Below are positions 30,504 to 37,810 of a DNA stretch of 64,000 nucleotides, piece by piece; position 1 is the first letter of the stretch, and every line of letters starts with the position of its first letter. Origin of the DNA: Pelagibacteraceae bacterium AG-390-C22 (lineage in GTDB: Bacteria > Pseudomonadota > Alphaproteobacteria > Pelagibacterales > Pelagibacteraceae); assembly GCA_003278125.1 (NCBI GenBank), contig QCGX01000007.1, positions 418-64,417 on the forward strand, given 5' to 3'. The translations under genes and the position numbers were made by a program. The notes below the pieces were generated by a model. It was not told the DNA's origin. It did not search any database and saw only the letters and a program-made list of their open reading frames with translations.

Positions 30504-31757
30504 TTATCCTAATTTAATATTATCTATTCCAACTAATTTGTTATAAATCCAATAGACAGCTAAAACCCCTGTTAACAACATTAGTCCCATTGCTGAGGCA
30601 AAACTCCAATCTAAAGTATATTTCATATGATAAGCGATTTGATTACTTATAAGTGTCCCTGAAGCTCCTCCAACTAATTCTGGAGTAATGTAGTAACCTA
30701 TCGCAAGAATAAAAACTAAAAGAGAACCAGCCCCTATTCCTGGTATTGTTAATGGAAAATATACCTTCCAAAATGTAATAAATGGTGTTCCTCCAAGTGA
30801 TTTACCTGCTCGAACTAAACTTGGTGAAATAGTTTTCATTACACTATAAAGAGGCAAAACCATGAATGGTAACAAAATTTGAGTCATAGCAATATAAGTG
30901 CCTGTTTCATTGTACATCATCACTAATCTTTTATCGTCTGCTACCAAACCAATCCAAACTAAAAAATCATTAACTACTCCTTGTTGTTGGAGCAAAATCA
31001 TCCAGCTAGCTGTTCTTACAAGGAGAGATGTCCAAAAAGGTAGAAGAACGCAAATCATCAGTAGATTGCTATACTTCATTGGAAGAGTTGCTAATAAATG
31101 CGCTATTGGGTAAGCCATCAAAAAACAAAATAGGGTGACATAAAAAGCTATTTTTAAAGTTCTAACCCATAATTTTTTATAAATTCTTCGATCTTCTTCA
31201 ACTTGAACTATTTTTCCATCTTCATTTTGATACATGTCGACGCCCTTTAAATATTTAGAATATGAATAAGCTGGCGCACGTCTTTGAATTGCTCTCCAAT
31301 ATTCAACGTTTCCCCATCTTTCATGGACAGCCATAATTTGCTCTTTATAATTTCCTTCTTCAAAAGATTTTGATTTTCGTCTTAATTTTTTAATAATACT
31401 TTTAAAACCATTTTTTTCAAAGTTAAGCTGAGTTGATAATTTTCCCTCTCTCTCTTCTTCGGTCAATTTTCGAAAATCAAAATAAAAAGCTTCGAATACT
31501 TTTTCTGATGGAAGTTCTTTGCCATCCCAATCTTCCATTGCTTTGAATGTTTTTGGAAGCGCATTAGTTACCATTCGGTCATCAACACTATTAAAAAGCA
31601 TTCCAACTATTGGGGAAATGTAAACGATTAATAGAAAAAACAATAAAGGTGCCACTAATAAAAAAGCCTTAAGTTTATTTCTTTTCTCAACTTTCTTAAG
31701 GCTTACCTCTAGAGGTATTCCATCAGTTGTTAAAATTTTTTGTGTTTCACTGCTCAT
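30504..31757 (-). CDS. ABC transporter permease (PotB/PotH-like) with a roughly 140 aa hydrophilic insertion after TM1
   Basis: EAA loop RAGKSLGGTPFITFWKVYFP. 417 aa, against about 285 aa for plain PotB. Residues about 55-195 are charged and non-membrane. Confidence 0.8.
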   Translation of the reverse strand: MSSETQKILTTDGIPLEVSLKKVEKRNKLKAFLLVAPLLFFLLIVYISPIVGMLFNSVDDRMVTNALPKTFKAMEDWDGKELPSEKVFEAFYFDFRKLTEEEREGKLSTQLNFEKNGFKSIIKKLRRKSKSFEEGNYKEQIMAVHERWGNVEYWRAIQRRAPAYSYSKYLKGVDMYQNEDGKIVQVEEDRRIYKKLWVRTLKIAFYVTLFCFLMAYPIAHLLATLPMKYSNLLMICVLLPFWTSLLVRTASWMILLQQQGVVNDFLVWIGLVADDKRLVMMYNETGTYIAMTQILLPFMVLPLYSVMKTISPSLVRAGKSLGGTPFITFWKVYFPLTIPGIGAGSLLVFILAIGYYITPELVGGASGTLISNQIAYHMKYTLDWSFASAMGLMLLTGVLAVYWIYNKLVGIDNIKLG

Positions 31758-31766
31758 AAATAAAAA

Positions 31767-31789
31767 GGGCGGTTAGTTAATAACCGCCC
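31767..31789 (-). terminator. Intra-operon Rho-independent terminator/attenuator downstream of the binding-protein gene
   Basis: GGGCGGTTA / TAACCGCCC 9 bp stem with a 5 nt loop. On the minus strand it is followed by TTTTTATTT. It lies between the SBP stop (31826) and the permease start (31757). Confidence 0.6.
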
Positions 31790-31825
31790 CTAATATAATA
31801 TATCATCAAAGTCTTTAAAAACTAA

Positions 31826-32944
31826 TTAAAGACCAGATTTCATAGCTTCCCATTTTTCGCCAATTTCTGTACCGTTGTCAGCCCAGAATAATGCATCAAT
31901 TAGGATATAGCTTTTTGTATTGTTTGGATGAGTTGGCATTTGAGACATCATGTTTGTCTTACCATCTTTATACCAAGGCTCACCTGCTTCAATAACTTTT
32001 AGAGAAGATTTTCTCCAAGGTGCGTATGCGATGTACTTCGCAGAACCAGCTAAACCTTCTGTGCTAGTCATTTCTGCAATAGCTTTCATAGCATCAGCTT
32101 CGTTTGGTCCACCTTTAACAACTACCATGTATTGGTAATCTAAACCTTGAGCATCCCAAACTTGTTTTAATGGTGCGCCTTCTCCAATTTCTGCGTTGAA
32201 GAATCTACCATTCCAACCTGTTGCCATTACAACTTCACCCTGCATAAGTAGTTCTGGTGGTTTAGCACCAGCTGACCAAAATACGCATCCGCCGTTAGGG
32301 TCTGAACAAAGCGCTTTCATCTTATCCATTGCTTGTTGAAGACCTTTTTCCTTTGAAAGTTTTTTGTAGATATTTTTTCCACCTTTACCTGGCTTAGTAC
32401 CAGAAGCTGCTAATGCCATCTCTAGATTGTGCATAGCACTTTTGTAAACGCCTCTTTTACCTGGCCATGTTTTAGTGTCAAAGAAATCTTTTATAGTTTT
32501 TGGTTTTTTGCTACCAATTTTTGCATCATGGTAAGCATACGTCCAAGAATATAAAATATTTCCTACAGCACATTTACTAGGCATTGACGTAAAGAAGTCT
32601 TTGCTCGCTTTAGTTCCATCTGGAGCTGGCGGAAAGTCTTTGTCAAAATTAAATTTAACAAATAAACCTTCGTCACATCCATTGATAGTGTCCATAGCGA
32701 AAACGTCCATTATGTCCCAAGTAATTTTTCCTGCTGCTTTTTGAGCTTTAACTTCAGATAATCCACCTGAATAGTCTACCCAATTAATAGGTATACCTAA
32801 TTTTTTTGCGGCTGGATCACCGTAACCTAATTTTTGACTTTCTGTATAAGCTCCACCCCAAGATGCAACTGTAACTGCATAAGAAGTTGAAGAAATTGAA
32901 AGTGCAAAAACTAAAGTAAGTAATAGTTTACTTAATTTTCTCAT
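31826..32944 (-). CDS. Periplasmic substrate-binding protein, PotD/PotF-type (SBP family 1)
   Basis: Signal peptide MRKLSKLLLTLVFALSISSTSYA, then VASWGGAY. 372 aa. Noticeably higher G+C than neighbouring genes, which suggests high expression. Strong GGAGGGG SD. Confidence 0.85.
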   Translation of the reverse strand: MRKLSKLLLTLVFALSISSTSYAVTVASWGGAYTESQKLGYGDPAAKKLGIPINWVDYSGGLSEVKAQKAAGKITWDIMDVFAMDTINGCDEGLFVKFNFDKDFPPAPDGTKASKDFFTSMPSKCAVGNILYSWTYAYHDAKIGSKKPKTIKDFFDTKTWPGKRGVYKSAMHNLEMALAASGTKPGKGGKNIYKKLSKEKGLQQAMDKMKALCSDPNGGCVFWSAGAKPPELLMQGEVVMATGWNGRFFNAEIGEGAPLKQVWDAQGLDYQYMVVVKGGPNEADAMKAIAEMTSTEGLAGSAKYIAYAPWRKSSLKVIEAGEPWYKDGKTNMMSQMPTHPNNTKSYILIDALFWADNGTEIGEKWEAMKSGL

Positions 32945-33063
32945 TTATTCCCCTCCGTTTAAACGTTTATTATTCTTTTATTACAACAATTAACAAAAAT
33001 TAAGTCAACCTCTGATTTGTGCTAATTCTTGTTTAAAATTAAGATTTTTTGATTGAATCAATC

Positions 33064-34158
33064 TCAGATTGATTTTGGATCTAAAGCTCTAGCGTCATGG
33101 CTGTTCCAGCCAACATTAATATCATTACCTGGTTTTATATCCATTCTCGCAGAGCTGTTAGGAACTTTTAAAATGAATTCTCTGTTGCCCAACAAATTTA
33201 ATCTAACTCTTGCGTGATCTCCGTGATAAATAACTTCTTCTATTTTTCCCTTATGTTTGTTATCCATTTTTTCATCAGGATCAATAATCGCTCTTTCAGG
33301 TCTTAAAGAAACTTTTGTTTTTTCTCCTTTTGTTTTGACTCTTATAGGATTAGAAATTATTTCAGTCCCAGTATCTAATTTAACTTTACATTTTCCTCCA
33401 GAGATATCTGTGACTTGTCCGGAAAACGTATTGTTCTCACCAATAAATTCTGCAACAAATGAGTTTACAGGTTCTTCATATAATTTATCTGGGCTTGATA
33501 ATTGTTGCACTTTTCCATCATTAAAAACTGCAATTCTACTCGACATAGTAAGAGCTTCGCTTTGATCGTGAGTAACATAAACTACTGTTACGCCAATATT
33601 TTCATGAATGTGTTTAATTTCATACTGCATACTTTCTCTTAAATTTTTATCTAAAGCTCCTAACGGTTCATCCATTAAAACTAATTGAGGATCAAATACT
33701 AGAGATCTTGCAACAGCGACTCTTTGTTGTTGTCCTCCTGATAGTTGATTGGGCATTCTTTTTTCAAATCCAGATAAAGAAACCATAGATAAAGCTTTAT
33801 CAACTTTTTTATCAATATCATCTTTTGAAAGTTTTCTAACTTTTAAAGGAAAAGCTAAATTTTCATAAACTGTTAGATGAGGAAACAAAGCGTAATTTTG
33901 AAAAACCATTCCTATCCCTCTTTTGTGTGGAGGAATTCTAGAAATAGGTTTTGAGTCTAAATAAATTTCACCATTAGTAGGCGTTTCAAAACCTGCTAAC
34001 ATCATTAGGCAAGTTGTTTTTCCTGAACCAGATGGCCCCAACATTGTAATAAATTCGCCTTCATTAATGTCAAGATTCAGGTCTTTAACGACTAAAACTT
34101 TACCGTCATAACTTTTGTCTACCTTATCAAATTTTACAAAACTTTTTGAAGACGTCAT
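33064..34158 (-). CDS. ABC transporter ATP-binding protein (PotA-like, with a C-terminal TOBE-type domain)
   Basis: Walker A GPSGSGKTT, signature LSGGQQQR, Walker B LVLMDEP. Confidence 0.92.
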   Translation of the reverse strand: MTSSKSFVKFDKVDKSYDGKVLVVKDLNLDINEGEFITMLGPSGSGKTTCLMMLAGFETPTNGEIYLDSKPISRIPPHKRGIGMVFQNYALFPHLTVYENLAFPLKVRKLSKDDIDKKVDKALSMVSLSGFEKRMPNQLSGGQQQRVAVARSLVFDPQLVLMDEPLGALDKNLRESMQYEIKHIHENIGVTVVYVTHDQSEALTMSSRIAVFNDGKVQQLSSPDKLYEEPVNSFVAEFIGENNTFSGQVTDISGGKCKVKLDTGTEIISNPIRVKTKGEKTKVSLRPERAIIDPDEKMDNKHKGKIEEVIYHGDHARVRLNLLGNREFILKVPNSSARMDIKPGNDINVGWNSHDARALDPKSI

Positions 34159-34205
34159 ATAATGATTATTTAAAGCATTTAAGAAAATTTATTTCAAGGT
34201 TTTTA

Positions 34206-35372
34206 TTATTTAATATGTAATTCTCTAGATAAATTGCAGAATAATTCTGAACCACTTTCAGTTACTCTGATTGCTTCGCTAGCTTCTACGCCCCAATCAC
34301 CGAATTGCATCACTGCAATCATATGAAAAGTAACGTTAGGTTGTAAAATGGTTTTATCACCTTTCAGTATATTAAATGTTTGTTCTCCCCAATCTGGAGG
34401 GTAACCAATACCAATTGAATATCCGGTTCTAGAGTCTTTTTTAATTTTATATTTATCTAAAACTCCCCAAAATTTTTGCGCAACATCATCAACAGTATTT
34501 CCAGGTCTTGTAACAGCAATACCAGCATCTAATGCTTCATTGGTAGCTTTCATAGTATCTATTTTTTTTTGATCTTTTTCACCTAATAAAACTGTACGAG
34601 CCATAGGGCAGTGATATCTTTTATAAGCACCGGCAATTTCAATAATTGTTGCATCACCTGAAACAAACTTTTCATCTGTAGCGGTTAAATGGGAGGCCGA
34701 AGTTCCTTTTCCAGTCGGTAGTAGAGTTGTAATACTTGGATAATCTCCACCGAATTCATCTGTGCCATTAAATAAAGCTTTTTGAATATCTGCTACAGCA
34801 TCGCATTGTCTTACTCCAGGATTAATACTTTTAAAAGCCATTTTCATTCCACTCTCAACTATACGAGCTGCTGATTGCATTAATTTAATTTCTGAATTTG
34901 ATTTAACAACTCTTACCCAGTTAACTAATCTTTCAGCATCCTTAAGTTTTGCGTTAGGTAAACCTTTTTTAAGAGTTTCATAGCAAAAAGCTGTAAAGTA
35001 ATGACTGTCCATCTCTAAACCAATATTTAGACTATCCCATTTTCTGTTTGTTATTATTTCAGCTAAATACTTATAAGGATGTAGAGGCCAAGTATGAATG
35101 TACTTTTCATGGTACTCTATAATATTTTTATCCTGTAAATATGTTTTAATGTATGCGCCTCCTCCATCCTGCGCTCTTACAAAGCAAATAGGCTCGTCTT
35201 CATTTATGTGAACTAGGACACATTGGGCATAATAAAAAGACCAAGCATCATAACCTGTTAAGTAATTCATATTAGCTGGGTCGTGAGAAACTAATAGATC
35301 AATGCCTTTTTTTTGCATACTAATCTTTACTTTTTTTAAACGGTCTTTGTACTCTTGTTTTTCAAAAAGCAT
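34206..35372 (-). CDS. M24-fold (creatinase/prolidase) hydrolase, EutD/DoeA ectoine-hydrolase-like
   Basis: N-terminal creatinase_N-like GIDLLVSHDPANMNYLTGYDAWSFYYAQCVLV. The pita-bread domain has GDATIIEIAG, GYSIGIGYPPDWGE and TFHMIAV in place of the GDxxxxDxG / GHGIG / TIEP ligand motifs. Confidence 0.7.
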   Translation of the reverse strand: MLFEKQEYKDRLKKVKISMQKKGIDLLVSHDPANMNYLTGYDAWSFYYAQCVLVHINEDEPICFVRAQDGGGAYIKTYLQDKNIIEYHEKYIHTWPLHPYKYLAEIITNRKWDSLNIGLEMDSHYFTAFCYETLKKGLPNAKLKDAERLVNWVRVVKSNSEIKLMQSAARIVESGMKMAFKSINPGVRQCDAVADIQKALFNGTDEFGGDYPSITTLLPTGKGTSASHLTATDEKFVSGDATIIEIAGAYKRYHCPMARTVLLGEKDQKKIDTMKATNEALDAGIAVTRPGNTVDDVAQKFWGVLDKYKIKKDSRTGYSIGIGYPPDWGEQTFNILKGDKTILQPNVTFHMIAVMQFGDWGVEASEAIRVTESGSELFCNLSRELHIK

Positions 35373-36125
35373 TTAGTTTTCTAAAAGTTTTCCGTATCCT
35401 TTAATTGAAGATTTGTATCCAGTTGATCTAATACTATCCCAAATTAAAGTTTGATTGCTAGATAATACTGGCTTTTCTATTTTATTTTCTAATTTTTCTA
35501 GAATATTTAATACCGGTAAAGCGGTGCAAGAAATAAACAAAGCATCTGCATTTTTTATTTCTAACTTTGAGGATATTTCTAAAATATAATTAGGATCAAC
35601 ATTAGCAAATTCAGAGTCTAAATTTAAGTTTAAACTAGCAAGCGATGAAACCTCTATATCCTTTAGGTTAAAGTAATCTAAGATTATTTTGTTTACCTTC
35701 TCTGGGTAAGGAGTAAATAAAGCAATCTTTTTAATATTCATAAGTTTAAAAGCTTTAATTGCAGAAGTTACCGGCGTAGTTACATAACTACCGGGTTTAC
35801 CCAGTAATATTCTTTCTTTTACTTTATCCTCACCTATAGCAATTGTTCCTGATGTGCAGCCGTAAGCGATGGTGTTTACTTTTTCATTAGGCAATATTTT
35901 ATTTGATACAGACTCTAGATCATCTTGCATCTTTAATAGGTTTTCTGTTGTTAGTGGATTTTGGTTATGAATACGATTAACAAAAATATCTATAGACAAA
36001 TTTTTATAAATATTATTAAAATCCTTCTCTATAGTTTGGTCAGTTGATAATGCAATTAAACCTACTCTTGGCTTTAAATCTTTTTTAAACCTCGGAGTAA
36101 AATTTTTATTAATATCTATAGACAT
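35373..36125 (-). CDS. Asp/Glu/hydantoin racemase-fold protein (maleate isomerase / arylmalonate decarboxylase / EutA-like)
   Basis: RVGLIALSTDQTIEKDF, and two catalytic-position cysteines (AYGCTSGT and FISCTALP). 250 aa. Confidence 0.7.
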   Translation of the reverse strand: MSIDINKNFTPRFKKDLKPRVGLIALSTDQTIEKDFNNIYKNLSIDIFVNRIHNQNPLTTENLLKMQDDLESVSNKILPNEKVNTIAYGCTSGTIAIGEDKVKERILLGKPGSYVTTPVTSAIKAFKLMNIKKIALFTPYPEKVNKIILDYFNLKDIEVSSLASLNLNLDSEFANVDPNYILEISSKLEIKNADALFISCTALPVLNILEKLENKIEKPVLSSNQTLIWDSIRSTGYKSSIKGYGKLLEN

Positions 36126-36175
36126 ATGTTTTGCAATATTATTGTAACATTTATTTGGCTATAAGACTTGTCTTT

Positions 36176-36793
36176 TTAATTGTTCAATTTTGCTAACATA
36201 TTTTCACTATCGATCTCTTCTAATAAATAGTTGCTGTCTAATAGTTTTTTTTTTACTTCTTCGAGCTTTTTACCTTCTTTGAAAAGACCGTCAAAATGTT
36301 TTTTTTCAAAAAAAATTTCTTTAATAATTATTTGATTTAAATTTATTGATTTTAGTATCTTATATTCAGCTCCTTCAACGTCTAGCATCAATTTATCTAT
36401 TTTTTTAATTGAATATTTTTTTATTAAACTTGAAAAACTTAAACACTTAATATTGAGTATTTCTATATCATTTTCGGAAACTAAAAATCTTTTGCTTCGG
36501 TGTTTTAATAAATGAGTTTTATCAAATGAGCCTATTCCACTTGCCCAGTGTTTTTTTAACTTACCAATTGAATCTCTTTTAATAAAATAGAAAGGTACTA
36601 ACTCATCTTTGTCACTTATTGCGGATTCCTCAATAATTATATTGTTAAAATTTTTAATATTATCTCTTAATTCAACTAAATTGTAAGGAACCGGCTCTAT
36701 TAGAATATTTTTTTTGTTTTTAAATTTTTTTAATTCTTCTTGTAGCCAAAAACCAGTATGAGAGCCTATAGAGACTAGTCCATACTCTTGCAT
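36176..36793 (-). CDS. FkbM-family SAM-dependent methyltransferase
   Basis: IGSHTG..., LMLDVEGAEYKIL block typical of Methyltransf_21/FkbM. Confidence 0.7.
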   Translation of the reverse strand: MQEYGLVSIGSHTGFWLQEELKKFKNKKNILIEPVPYNLVELRDNIKNFNNIIIEESAISDKDELVPFYFIKRDSIGKLKKHWASGIGSFDKTHLLKHRSKRFLVSENDIEILNIKCLSFSSLIKKYSIKKIDKLMLDVEGAEYKILKSINLNQIIIKEIFFEKKHFDGLFKEGKKLEEVKKKLLDSNYLLEEIDSENMLAKLNN

Positions 36794-36799
36794 ATTTAT

Positions 36800-37810
36800 T
36801 TATTGAACAAAAACCTCTCCCCAAGTTCCTCTTGTAGAAGCTTTAGAGTATTCCGTTGCTCTACCTTCAAAGAAGTTCATGTGTTCTACTCCATTTAACA
36901 TTGTGTCTAACCAAGTTAAAGGATTTTTCTTAACATCATAAATTGGATCAAGACCTAACTGTTCAAGTCTTCTATTTCCAATGAATCTAATGTATTGCTT
37001 AATTTCGTTTGCTGTTAAGCCTTCCAGAGGACCCATTTGAAAAGCTAAATCAATGAATGCATCTTCATGTGTTACAATAGTTTTGCACGCGTCAACTATT
37101 TCTTTTTTAAGTTTATCATTCCAGATTTGTGGTTCCTCTTTAATGAAATCTCTGAATAATCTAATCATAGAATTACAATGTAAGGTTTCATCTCTTACCG
37201 ACCATGTTACTATTTGGCCCATTCCTTTCATTTTATTAAATCTTGGGAAATTTAGAAGTATTGCAAAACTAGCAAATAGTTGCAGCCCTTCAGTAAAAGC
37301 AGAGAACACAGCCATTGTCATTGCTATATTATGTTTTGATTTAACATCAAAGCCTTGCATGTAATCATATTTATCTTTCATTTCTTTGTATTGTAAGAAA
37401 GCTGAATACTCTGTTTCAGGCATTCCAATTGTATCTAATAAATGAGAGTAAGCAGCAATATGAACTGTTTCCATTGCAGCAAATGCTGTCATCATCATTA
37501 AAACTTCGGTCGGTTTAAAAACAGTTGTATAATGTCTTAAATAACAATTGTTAACTTCCACATCAGCTTGAGTAAAAAATCTAAATATATGTGTTAAGAG
37601 ATTCTTTTCTTCTGGCGTTAAGTTTTTTTGCCAATCCTTAACATCATCTCCTAGAGGAACTTCTTCTGGTAACCAGTGAATTCTTTGTTGTGTTAACCAT
37701 GCGTCATAGCACCATGGATATCTAAAGGGTTTATAGACTGGGTTTTCTACTAACAGACCCATTTTTTTTGGCTGAATAATTCCTGGCTTAATTTCTTTTG
37801 CTACTGACAT
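36800..37810 (-). CDS. nrdB: Ribonucleotide reductase class Ia beta subunit
   Basis: Di-iron/radical motif METVHIAAYSHLL (E..H...Y), a second EGLQLFASFA, and RDETLH. I prefer ATG 37810, preceded by GAGGAG at 8 nt, over the track's GTG at 37819. Confidence 0.93.
   Translation of the reverse strand: MSVAKEIKPGIIQPKKMGLLVENPVYKPFRYPWCYDAWLTQQRIHWLPEEVPLGDDVKDWQKNLTPEEKNLLTHIFRFFTQADVEVNNCYLRHYTTVFKPTEVLMMMTAFAAMETVHIAAYSHLLDTIGMPETEYSAFLQYKEMKDKYDYMQGFDVKSKHNIAMTMAVFSAFTEGLQLFASFAILLNFPRFNKMKGMGQIVTWSVRDETLHCNSMIRLFRDFIKEEPQIWNDKLKKEIVDACKTIVTHEDAFIDLAFQMGPLEGLTANEIKQYIRFIGNRRLEQLGLDPIYDVKKNPLTWLDTMLNGVEHMNFFEGRATEYSKASTRGTWGEVFVQ

Noticed and set aside
32956-32965. The perfect 10 bp palindrome CGTTTAAACG next to the SBP Shine-Dalgarno sequence, plus the GATTGA/TCAATC repeats at 33051-33072.
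   Set aside because: Both are short and AT-rich. The hairpins would have 2-3 nt loops and low stability. There is no second copy and no way to test conservation here.
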